DNA from: an uncultured Syntrophobacterales bacterium
Lineage (GTDB): Bacteria; Desulfobacterota; Binatia; UBA9968; JAJDTQ01
Assembly: GCA_964630405.1 (NCBI GenBank)
Contig: CAZVUC010000092.1
Location: 7,174-71,173, forward strand
Length of the DNA stretch: 64,000 nucleotides
Direction: 5' to 3'
The notes beneath the pieces are model-generated. The model saw nothing but the letters and a program-made list of their open reading frames with translations, had not been told where the DNA came from and ran no database searches. Below, piece by piece: positions 1 through 8,385 of this stretch. How positions within the stretch are numbered: the first letter of the stretch is position 1; each line of letters opens with the position of its first letter. The position numbers and the translations under genes were made by a program.

Positions 1-108
1 CTGACAGGACGCGCAAGAAGGCCTCGCCGCCCGTGAGTCCATTGACTTCGATCATGTTCTTTCCTCCGTTAGAGAATAGATGAGCCTAGAATACGGCGCC
101 GGGGGCGG

Positions 109-1371
109 TCAACTCCTGGCAGCGAAGGTGGGGAGCCACCCGGCCGGCGGCCTCAGGTCCAGGGAGTTTTCGTCGATGGAGGTGCGGCCCGACAGCAGCA
201 CCCGCTCGCCCCGGTACGCCCACACACGCAGGTCCGCCCACACGAACGAGTCGTCGTCGAGCCGGATACGAGGCCGCCCCACCTTCCTCTGGGCGACGTA
301 GCCCTCGCCCTTGCGCACCAGCCGCTGCAGGCGCGAGCGCCCCACTCGGGCGCTCGGCAGGAAGCCCCGGCTGGCGTGGCTGCGGATCGGCTTGAACACG
401 AACTGGTCGCGGTTCTCGACGATGGAATCGAGGTTGTCGGGCCGGAGCAGACGGGTCTCGGGGATGTGCCGGCTCAGGACCTCCCGCTCGCGGGCCTCGA
501 TGCCGAGATCCCGGTCCCATGAAGGGAGCGAAAGAAATTCCAGCAGCCGCTTGTCGCTGCGGGTGGCGTAGGTGAACGGGTTGGGCGCCACGTAGACGCC
601 GCCGTGGAGGAACGCGTCCCGCAAAGGGCGCGTGGTCTCCTTTTCCAGGAAGAAGTCGGTGGAGCGGTTCACGATGAATGAAACCGGCTCGCCATCGTGG
701 TGGAGCCGCTTTCCGTCCCAGCGGAGGTCCGCCGTCGATCCCACTTCCGACCTCCACCCCTCCCCGCGGAACAACTCCCGCAACAGCTCCATCTCTCCGC
801 CGAACTTGCCCCGCTCCAGGGCTTCGGGTTCGTCCAGGATGAGGAAAAGGCCCTTGGGGACGGCACCGAAGAACCCTTCGGCCTCCCGGCGGACCATCTG
901 CTTGACATGTTCACCCAGGCCCGCGGCCGTGGGCGGGGCCTCGAAGGCGGCCTGCCGGTCCGGCTCCAGGAGCGCGTGGAAGGATTCGTTGATGAAGCCG
1001 GCGTAGAGCAGCCCGGAGCCGTTGTCGTTGAACTCGATGACCTGCCACGGACCTTCCGGGGGCAGATGAAAGTCCCAGGCGCTGAAGAAGCACACCTCCG
1101 ACCGGCTCGACGGCACGCTCTGGCCGGACGAACCGACGACGGCCTCCTGCCACACCGGCCGGGTGGTGACGTCCTCGAAGACCTCGATGAAGGCGTCGAT
1201 CTCGTCCAGCACCGCGGCCGGGATCGCCTGGTGGGCGAAGGTCACCGAGAACTCTTCCGGAACGCCGGGGATTCCCGCGGCCCGGAGCCGGCTCCACAAC
1301 TGTTGGCGCCGGTCCGGCATCAGTCCTGGGAACGCCCGCAGCCGTGGGGACGCGGGGTGTCGCGCGTCCAT
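109..1371 (-). CDS. ATP-grasp-like protein (circularly permuted ATP-grasp / glutathionylspermidine-synthase-like family; assignment tentative)
   Basis: 420-aa ORF. Last gene of a co-directional operon (26-bp gap to otsB). Gly-rich loops and acidic residues resemble ATP-grasp folds. No definitive motif was recognised by eye. Confidence 0.4.
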   Translation of the reverse strand: MDARHPASPRLRAFPGLMPDRRQQLWSRLRAAGIPGVPEEFSVTFAHQAIPAAVLDEIDAFIEVFEDVTTRPVWQEAVVGSSGQSVPSSRSEVCFFSAWDFHLPPEGPWQVIEFNDNGSGLLYAGFINESFHALLEPDRQAAFEAPPTAAGLGEHVKQMVRREAEGFFGAVPKGLFLILDEPEALERGKFGGEMELLRELFRGEGWRSEVGSTADLRWDGKRLHHDGEPVSFIVNRSTDFFLEKETTRPLRDAFLHGGVYVAPNPFTYATRSDKRLLEFLSLPSWDRDLGIEAREREVLSRHIPETRLLRPDNLDSIVENRDQFVFKPIRSHASRGFLPSARVGRSRLQRLVRKGEGYVAQRKVGRPRIRLDDDSFVWADLRVWAYRGERVLLSGRTSIDENSLDLRPPAGWLPTFAARS

Positions 1372-1395
1372 ACCCGTGCGTTGACCGGGTTCATG

Positions 1396-2196
1396 TCACG
1401 CGGGCTCTCGGATGGTCCATGCAAGACGTTGAAGGAACCGTCCCACTTCGGCGTCGTCGTTCAACCGGTAGCTCGCCGCCGTCGTCCTCGGATGGTCCGC
1501 GACGAGAATCCCCGCGCCCCGGCCGGCCACCGCCTCGAAGCCGTCCTCGTCGGTGGTGTCATCGCCCAGGTAAAGCGGCACGTGGTCGCCGCCCAGGGCC
1601 TGGAGGATCCATTCCACCGCCTTGCCCTTGTTCCAGTCGAAACGGGGCCTGATCTCGAACACCTTCTTCCCGTGGGTCTTGCGCAGCCCGTCGTAGTCTT
1701 GCAGCAGGCCGTCCACCACGGCCTCGACGTCGGGCACCGCCGCTTCGTCCACGAGGCGGTAGTGAACGGCGATGGAGTAGCCCTTGGTTTCCAGCAGCAG
1801 GCCGGGGACGTGCGCGAGGGCGCCGTCGAGGCGCCGATGCAGCTCTTCCATGACCGGCAGGAACTCCCGCCCCACCTGGTGCCGGATGCCGGAACCGGCG
1901 GGCCCGACGATATCGAAGCCGTGGGTCCCCGCGTAGAAGAGATTGTCGAGCCGCACCCGCTCCTGCACGTCCGCCCGGCCGCGTCCGCTGATCACGGCCG
2001 TGACGCAACGGTCGCCCAGGCGCCGCACCGTGGCGCGCATCTCCTCGGAAAGCACGGCCTGTGCGGGGGTGTCCACGATGGGAGTCAGCGTCCCGTCGTA
2101 GTCCAGGAACACGGCGGCCTGGCGGCCTTCGAGGGCCCTCCGGATGTCAGGGAAATCGGTCAAGGCGGACGGGATGGTCCAATCGACGGCCCTCAT
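1396..2196 (-). CDS. otsB: trehalose-6-phosphate phosphatase (HAD superfamily)
   Basis: HAD motif I 'FLDYDGTL', 'GDDTTDEDGF' motif and overall OtsB-like layout. The internal ATG at 2196 overlaps the upstream gene's stop as ATGA. The N-terminal extension of the raw ORF is low-complexity. Confidence 0.65.
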   Translation of the reverse strand: MRAVDWTIPSALTDFPDIRRALEGRQAAVFLDYDGTLTPIVDTPAQAVLSEEMRATVRRLGDRCVTAVISGRGRADVQERVRLDNLFYAGTHGFDIVGPAGSGIRHQVGREFLPVMEELHRRLDGALAHVPGLLLETKGYSIAVHYRLVDEAAVPDVEAVVDGLLQDYDGLRKTHGKKVFEIRPRFDWNKGKAVEWILQALGGDHVPLYLGDDTTDEDGFEAVAGRGAGILVADHPRTTAASYRLNDDAEVGRFLQRLAWTIREPA

Positions 2197-2933
2197 CCGC
2201 GAGTCCGCCCCCAGCAGTCGTCCACCTCGGCCCAGTCCTCCTCGGGAATCGCGTAGGAGTGGGTCCCGGCGATCAGGCCCGCCCGATTCAGGTTGCTGGG
2301 GCATATCATGCGTTCGTCTATTTCCTTCTCCGCCAGCCTGGCGTCCATGAGGTCATGGCTCCGGTCCGAATGGCCCAACCCCATGGCGTGCCCGATCTCG
2401 TGGGCCGCCATGTTCTGGGCCTCCACGACGCCCACACCCCTGAGCCCGAGGTAGACGTACGCCTTGCGGATGCCTTCCCGCCCGTTGCGGCATTTCAACT
2501 TGGTGGCGCCCACGATCCCCGGCAACACGTCATCGAACAGCTCGATGGTGATATCGGCGTCATCGTCGCCGGTTTCGTGCATGGCAAAGAACGGCAGCAC
2601 GCGTTCCCACTGCGACACCCCCCGGCGCACCGCCAGCGCCGTCTCGAGATCCACGCCGGCCCAGTTGTTGATCTTGTAGGTCACCACCCCACGGTCCGGG
2701 GAGTTCCACCGGGCCACGGCGCCGTCTTCACACGTCATCCGCTGAATTTTCACCATGTCGACATGACCCGGGGCTTCGTGGTCCCGAAGGAATCGAGCGC
2801 CATTTTCCTCGCCGCAGGCGGCCCCGGTCTCCGCGCCTTCGGCGTTCGTGCACGCCTCGCCGTTGGAATGGCACAGGGTCAACGTGAATGCCAGGACGAG
2901 AAGGTGCAGGATTGATTGATTGGGCGTGAACAT
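2193..2933 (-). CDS. secreted zinc metalloprotease, matrixin (M10)-like
   Basis: HEIGHAMGLGHSD matches HExxHxxGxxH. The hydrophobic N-terminus 'MFTPNQSILHLLVLAFTLTLC' is signal-peptide-like. Start chosen at this Met, not the 688-aa raw ORF, which overlaps ybdK on the opposite strand. Confidence 0.55.
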   Translation of the reverse strand: MFTPNQSILHLLVLAFTLTLCHSNGEACTNAEGAETGAACGEENGARFLRDHEAPGHVDMVKIQRMTCEDGAVARWNSPDRGVVTYKINNWAGVDLETALAVRRGVSQWERVLPFFAMHETGDDDADITIELFDDVLPGIVGATKLKCRNGREGIRKAYVYLGLRGVGVVEAQNMAAHEIGHAMGLGHSDRSHDLMDARLAEKEIDERMICPSNLNRAGLIAGTHSYAIPEEDWAEVDDCWGRTRG

Positions 2934-3209
2934 GCTGACGTCGGCATTCTCGTCGTGTGGCGGAAGGCCTTGGGCGCAGTCACCGCAAACCGCGCCCTTA
3001 TACACCGTCCGGTGTCCGGTCTGCAACCCGCGGGGAATCTTGGCCGATCCCGTTGGGGACGCCGCCTCATGGTCTTGTCGACCTGGGCTCGCGTGACTCC
3101 GCCCTTGCCTCCCCGCGCCGCGCGTGCGATATCTCACCGCGTGTGAGTTCCCCGGTGGATGGTTCCAGTGATCCGGCCGTTGCAGGCCGCCAACACGAGC
3201 GAGGCGGAC

Positions 3210-4406
3210 ATGGCGTTCGAGCGACTGCGCAGACTCATGGGTGAAGGCGAGGACGAAGAGGCCGAGGCACAGAAGGACGTGGAGATCACCTTCGGCATCG
3301 AGGAGGAGCTTTGGCTGGTGGATCCGGACAGCCGCGACATCATCGCCGATCCGGACACGGGGATCTTCGACTGGTGCGAGCAGAACCGGGGACCTCACGG
3401 GTTCGTACACGAGCTGCTCCGTTCCCAGCTCGAGACCAACACCCGCGTGTGCGACTCGGTGGCCGACCTGCGCGGCGCGCTCGTGGAGACCCGCCGGATC
3501 GTGGCGGAGGCGGCCAGCCGGCACGGCGCCACGGTGATGGCCGCGTCCACCCATCCCTTCGCGGCCTGGGAATCGCAGATGAGGACGCCCAAGGAACGGT
3601 ACGAAAGGCTGGCAACCCGGTTGCAGGAGAGCGCGCGGCGGCTTCTCGTGAACGGCATGCACATCCACGCCGGTTTCGGGGACGCCGACTCGCGCATCCG
3701 CGTCATGACCGCGATCCGGCGCTACATGCCCCTGCTGCACGCCCTCTCCACGTCGTCGCCGTTCAACGCCGGCCGCGAGACTGGCTACAAGTCCTACCGG
3801 CTCACCATCATGGGCGCGTTGCCGCGCACCGGCCTCCCCGGCCCCATGTGGTCCCGGGCCGAGTTCGACCAACTGGTGGCGGACTACCAGCGGATGAATC
3901 TCATCGGCGACGGCACCGAGCTGTGGTGGGACATCCGGCCGTCCGTGCGCTTTCCCACCATCGAGCTGCGCATCTGCGACCTGTGCCCGCGCATCGACGA
4001 CGCCATGTGCATCGCCACCCTCTACGCCTGCCTTATCCGGCGGCTGTCGCGGCTCGACCGCGAAGGCGGGCTGCCGGCCGAGCCGCCCACCGAGATCATT
4101 GCCGAGAACCGCTGGCTGGCCCAGCGCTACGGCGTGCTCGGCTTCCATGGCGACACCCGGGAGGGCGGCCGCAAGGACGTCGAAGACTACGCCAAGGAAC
4201 TGGTGGAAGAACTGGCCGACGACGCCCGCGCCCTGGACTGCGAGAAGGAGTTGCAACACGCCCTCACCATCATCCGCGAGGGCACCGGCGCCGACCGCCA
4301 GATCGACCTCTTCCGCCTCCGCCGGGTGGAGGGCGACACCGACGATCAGGCGCTGCGCGCGGTGGTGGACCTGGTGATCGCGGAGACGCGGGAGGGGATC
4401 GACTGA
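3210..4406 (+). CDS. carboxylate-amine ligase, YbdK / GCS2 (glutamate-cysteine ligase family 2)
   Basis: 'FGIEEELWLVD' N-terminal motif, 'WWDIRP', 'IELRICD'. Length of about 400 aa is typical of the YbdK family. Confidence 0.7.
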   Translation: MAFERLRRLMGEGEDEEAEAQKDVEITFGIEEELWLVDPDSRDIIADPDTGIFDWCEQNRGPHGFVHELLRSQLETNTRVCDSVADLRGALVETRRIVAEAASRHGATVMAASTHPFAAWESQMRTPKERYERLATRLQESARRLLVNGMHIHAGFGDADSRIRVMTAIRRYMPLLHALSTSSPFNAGRETGYKSYRLTIMGALPRTGLPGPMWSRAEFDQLVADYQRMNLIGDGTELWWDIRPSVRFPTIELRICDLCPRIDDAMCIATLYACLIRRLSRLDREGGLPAEPPTEIIAENRWLAQRYGVLGFHGDTREGGRKDVEDYAKELVEELADDARALDCEKELQHALTIIREGTGADRQIDLFRLRRVEGDTDDQALRAVVDLVIAETREGID

Positions 4407-4546
4407 AACGTCGCGGAGGCGCTCGCGCCCCTTTGAACCGGATTCGTTCCGTCACCGCGCCCAGGACGACACGATGATCTCGCAAGCGGAACCCGCGGCG
4501 CGTCGCAGCTTCCGGTCAAGCGTCGCCAGCGGGCAGGCCAGGACGA

Positions 4547-4783
4547 TCACTTCCGGCCCGCGTCACGTGCGCGCAGAAGCCGAGAGGGTTCAACGCGCGA
4601 GCCCAGGGCTTCTTTACGCTCACGAACACCCTGGAGCCACGCGCCGAGATGGGGACGTGAGACGATGCGCTCCAACTCACGGCGGAGATACTCCTGCAGG
4701 GATTGTCGTTGCAATGCCGCCCGCGCCACGAGCTCATCGCGTACATGCTCCGGAACGTCTCGGATGATGATCTGTACCGACAT
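4547..4783 (-). CDS. ribbon-helix-helix antitoxin-like protein (FitA/VapB, Arc/MetJ type)
   Basis: 'MSVQIIIRDVPEHVRDELVARAA...QEYLRRELERIV' is a typical RHH antitoxin N-terminus. No adjacent PIN/toxin ORF found. Sits immediately downstream of the DUF499 gene. Confidence 0.5.
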   Translation of the reverse strand: MSVQIIIRDVPEHVRDELVARAALQRQSLQEYLRRELERIVSRPHLGAWLQGVRERKEALGSRVEPSRLLRARDAGRK

Positions 4784-4917
4784 GAAAGTAATTTGCCCTC
4801 GCTGACAACAGTCCGCAAGCACAGCTGCCCATTTTGAGGACGATACGAACAGGCCCGGTGCTGCGCAGCGGTGGACCTAGTCGTTAAGGAAACCGCGAGG
4901 GTGTTGGGTCGTAGAGG

Positions 4918-7695
4918 TCAGGAGCGCTCGATTTGTACGTGTTCGATCATACCGAGGTCGGTCAGGATCTGTCGGAGTTCCGTCTCGAAGTTGTTGGCCA
5001 GAGCCGCGTCGACCGTCACTGAACACTCAACTGTCACGTCGAGGTTTTCTCCGGACCTAAGTTTAGGCAAGAGTTTGGTCCCGAGCCGGTTCCAGAGTCC
5101 AGGAGGCACATTTCCAACCAGCCGAAGTAACGTTTCCTTTCCTGCCGACGCCGAACCTTCAGCGGAAGGCGTGCCCGGACTCGGTTCAAGCACGAAGCCT
5201 GACCCCGATTCTTGGCCTGACGTGGGCGCTGGTTGAGGCGGCGGCAAAGTTCCGGTTGCCCGGAGTTGCTCGGCCTTGGCTTTCGTCAGGAGAAAGACAT
5301 CGGCCTCGAACGCCACCTCCTCCGCGTACACCGGCTCTTTGTACCATACCCGCTCATATTGACCGCCGCCCTTGTCGCCGGAGGCGAGACCGAAGTCTCC
5401 GCGACCGACGAAATCCACAACGCGCCCGCGAAGAACCATGTCCGGATCCATCAGGCGTGTCAAAGCGCCGTTCAGAAAACTCTGCCGCAGACTCGTCAAC
5501 GGCCATGCCCCGATGTCCTTGAAAGCCGGCGGCCAATGACGGTCAATGTATCCTGCGCCGACGGTCTCATTCAGCAAGGCCCCTGACTTCAACGCTGCGA
5601 CGATGCGTCCGCACAATGTTTCACTGGCACTGGCGTGGCCCGCTCCGAGGTCAATGATCTTGAGGCCGTGCTTGGCCTGTGCATCCCCGAGCGCCACGAA
5701 GCGATAGCCGGCCCACACCTCGTCCTTGGCAGCTTCTTCTGCGTCCCGTACATGCGCCTGAATCTCGGAGCGGTCCGCCCGCTCGAATTCCGTGCCCAGG
5801 ACTCCTTCGGTCACTTCGCGCGCCACGCGTTTCCAGGCAAGCCAGATTTCGACCTTGTCGAGGAGCTCCCTACCCGGCTTTCTCGCACACCAGACGAGGG
5901 CGCCCGGGTACAGCCGTGGCGAATTGCCACGTTCCCTGGTCCAACGGCTAACACGTTCCACGGCTTGACCACCCTCACTCCACTCCTCCACCGGGTCCAG
6001 GACAACCAGGGTCAGGCGGGGTGAATCCTGCACCGCATCGCCGTTCTCCGGGAAGAAGCCGACTGGAATCGTTGCGCCGCGCGCGAATTCACTCTCTACA
6101 AGCCTCCGGACCGCAGGTCTGGTTTCTGTCTCCTCGTCTAGCGAAGCTCGCCGGTCGCTGACCACCTTTCGCAGAGTTGCCTGATGATGAATACGATAGC
6201 CGTCCGTGCCGATCTTACGGACAAAGAAACCCGACTTCTCCAGAGCCGAGGCCGCGTTGTCGACCGTGGTCGTCTCCACCTCGGGCTCGCCAAGAGCAAA
6301 CCGCAATTCCGGCAAGTGTGCGACCTTGTCCACTTGGCCCCCCGAGGACTCGAACAAGACGGCGGTACCCACGCGGCAGTGAATGTCGCGCAAGGCCCCT
6401 TTTGCATCCGTATCCAGAGCCTTGGCGTGAGCCATGGGACCCGCTACATCGGCGTCGATGGCCACATCGAGCCGCGACTCGCCGAGTTGGCCGAGCACCA
6501 CGGCACGGAACTCGGGAACCTGAAGGGGTGCGGACCCCAACGTGATCAGGGGCTCTGTCCGAGCCTTCTGGAACTGCTCGCGCGCCGCCCAGGAAATCCA
6601 TTGCGCCAGCATTGCAAGGGCACCCCGAGTTTGCTGAAACTGAGGGAGCGCGCGCCACTTACGCTGAAAGACGGACAATGTCGCCGGGTGAAAAGGATAG
6701 CAAGCCTCGAAACGACCCCTCAAAAACTCTCTTGCCTTTGTCTCGGTAGTAGCGGTGTCCACAGCCAGCCATTCCGAGGGAAGCCGCGCAGTCCGCTCGA
6801 AACACCAGTCCGCATAGGTTTTCGCCACCCTCTGACGCACCCGCAACTTGCCAAGGTCCTCAAACAGCCGTCGTCGCACGACCTCGCTGATCTCAGACTC
6901 GTCGTTGGCGATGAGATCGCGGGCGACACGGCGCACAACCTTGGTGATCCGTTCCTGCCACTCCTGGTCCCAATTGGTCATCTCAACCTGACTACGGGGA
7001 AGGCTGATGACTGCGGCCGTCTGCGCCACACCGGTAACCGCCACAGTCAAGTTCTGGAGGAACGCGTGAAAGGACTCCGCCATGTCGCGGTGACGGTTCA
7101 CGAAGTTCAACACTTCATCAAACAACAGAAGCACCGGGCCACCCGCAGCAGAAAATACCCTGACCAATGCATCGGTTCCCGGCGGTGTGGTCCGTGCGGC
7201 GTCACCCAACACCGCTACACCCTTGTCCCCGGCCAACTGACGAGCCAAATCGATCCAAGGCGTCTCCCGTCCCTCGGCGGGGTCCCAAGCGTTGCCAACG
7301 AACACCCCGACTTGGGCGGAGGGTGTCTCGCCTATGCTTGCCTCCTTCAGGAGGTCAGCGACACCGGCAAATTTGTTGGCACGTGCGCCGGCTTTAGCCA
7401 GGTGGTAGAGCGACGTCAGGGTGTGAGTCTTACCGCCACCGAACTGGGTGATGAGCGTCAAGACCGGTGAGGTGTTCTCCGTCTTGCCGGATAGGCGACG
7501 CAGCACCATGCCCGCATGCTCCCACAACGCGCGAGTGAAGTAGGTGCGCGCGAAGAACTGTACCGGATCGCTATAGTCCTCAGGGGCAGATCCTGCCACC
7601 ACCTGCTCCAGGGCGATGGCGAACTCGTCCGGACTGAACGAACGGCCTTCGCGTACCTCCTTGCGGAGCGTCACAACCTTGTACCACGGATCCAC
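4918..7695 (-). CDS. DUF499-family P-loop ATPase (BrxC-like) of the helicase/methylase/ATPase defence triad
   Basis: 925 aa. Walker-A-like 'ITQFGGGKTHTL' near the N-terminus, Walker-B-like 'LLLFDEV', long alpha-helical C-terminal region. Last gene of the operon, 6 bp after the toxin gene. Confidence 0.7.
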   Translation of the reverse strand: MDPWYKVVTLRKEVREGRSFSPDEFAIALEQVVAGSAPEDYSDPVQFFARTYFTRALWEHAGMVLRRLSGKTENTSPVLTLITQFGGGKTHTLTSLYHLAKAGARANKFAGVADLLKEASIGETPSAQVGVFVGNAWDPAEGRETPWIDLARQLAGDKGVAVLGDAARTTPPGTDALVRVFSAAGGPVLLLFDEVLNFVNRHRDMAESFHAFLQNLTVAVTGVAQTAAVISLPRSQVEMTNWDQEWQERITKVVRRVARDLIANDESEISEVVRRRLFEDLGKLRVRQRVAKTYADWCFERTARLPSEWLAVDTATTETKAREFLRGRFEACYPFHPATLSVFQRKWRALPQFQQTRGALAMLAQWISWAAREQFQKARTEPLITLGSAPLQVPEFRAVVLGQLGESRLDVAIDADVAGPMAHAKALDTDAKGALRDIHCRVGTAVLFESSGGQVDKVAHLPELRFALGEPEVETTTVDNAASALEKSGFFVRKIGTDGYRIHHQATLRKVVSDRRASLDEETETRPAVRRLVESEFARGATIPVGFFPENGDAVQDSPRLTLVVLDPVEEWSEGGQAVERVSRWTRERGNSPRLYPGALVWCARKPGRELLDKVEIWLAWKRVAREVTEGVLGTEFERADRSEIQAHVRDAEEAAKDEVWAGYRFVALGDAQAKHGLKIIDLGAGHASASETLCGRIVAALKSGALLNETVGAGYIDRHWPPAFKDIGAWPLTSLRQSFLNGALTRLMDPDMVLRGRVVDFVGRGDFGLASGDKGGGQYERVWYKEPVYAEEVAFEADVFLLTKAKAEQLRATGTLPPPQPAPTSGQESGSGFVLEPSPGTPSAEGSASAGKETLLRLVGNVPPGLWNRLGTKLLPKLRSGENLDVTVECSVTVDAALANNFETELRQILTDLGMIEHVQIERS

Positions 7696-7701
7696 TAGCC
7701 T

Positions 7702-8067
7702 TCACCTCGCTGGCCGCGTGTCGCAGAACGTATCCGAACGTGTGGGGGTCACCACAATCAAGGCGTCTTCCTCTATTGCATTTGCATGCCGACCGATAAG
7801 CTCATCCATGGCGACCACCTTCTCCGCCACTCGCATGTCGACGAAGCGAATGATGCATGGGTGTGGCATGCGACGCACGAAGACCAACTCACCGAAGTCC
7901 TTGTCCTCGGTTATGAGTACTCGTCCCTCTCGATTTGCCCGCGCGAGCAGCACTTCATCCGTGGCATAGGGGTCTACGTCCAACGCGGAGACGACATCGT
8001 GCCCCAAGTCCGCCAACATGCTGCACAAACTGCGGGATGCGGCACAGACATCGAGGAGAAATTTCAA
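7702..8067 (-). CDS. DUF5615-family PIN-like (Mut7-C-like) putative toxin
   Basis: 'MKFLLDVCAAS...VLITEDKDFGEL' resembles DUF5615. TTG start overlaps the DUF433 stop by 4 nt (TTGA). Confidence 0.6.
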   Translation of the reverse strand: MKFLLDVCAASRSLCSMLADLGHDVVSALDVDPYATDEVLLARANREGRVLITEDKDFGELVFVRRMPHPCIIRFVDMRVAEKVVAMDELIGRHANAIEEDALIVVTPTRSDTFCDTRPAR

Positions 8068-8318
8068 GGCGTTGTCCGGACAGGCATTCGCTCATGCACA
8101 TGCTCGCCTGCCATTGCGCGGTGGGCAAAAAGCAGACACGCCTGGATGTCTTCAGCCTCCAACACCGGGTATTCCTGGAGTATCCCCTCTGCCGTATCCC
8201 CTGCCGCAAGCATTCCCAGGATGTGCTCCACCGCGATGCGCATGTCGCGAATGATGGGTTTGCCGCCAAAAACGTCCGCGCGCACGGTAACGCGCTTGAG
8301 TAGCTCGGTTTCAGTCAT
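8064..8318 (-). CDS. DUF433-domain putative antitoxin
   Basis: 'VFGGKPIIRDMRIAVEHILGMLAAGDTAEGILQEYP' matches the DUF433 core. GGAGG Shine-Dalgarno 8 nt upstream. Translationally coupled to the DUF5615 gene. Confidence 0.6.
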   Translation of the reverse strand: MTETELLKRVTVRADVFGGKPIIRDMRIAVEHILGMLAAGDTAEGILQEYPVLEAEDIQACLLFAHRAMAGEHVHERMPVRTTP

Positions 8319-8385
8319 GATGGGTGCCTCCGCGGGCCATCGCTCTAGACTCTACACTACAAGTCGCGATGCAATCCTCGCATGC

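Noticed and set aside
2934-4259. Upstream extension of the 688-aa minus-strand ORF containing the metalloprotease
   Set aside because: The extension overlaps the well-supported plus-strand YbdK ligase gene and is low-complexity. A signal-peptide-like Met at 2933 gives a sensible 246-aa secreted protease.
3311-4477. 388-aa plus-strand ORF rich in Arg/Pro/Gly
   Set aside because: Alternative frame of the ybdK gene, with typical high-GC artefact composition.
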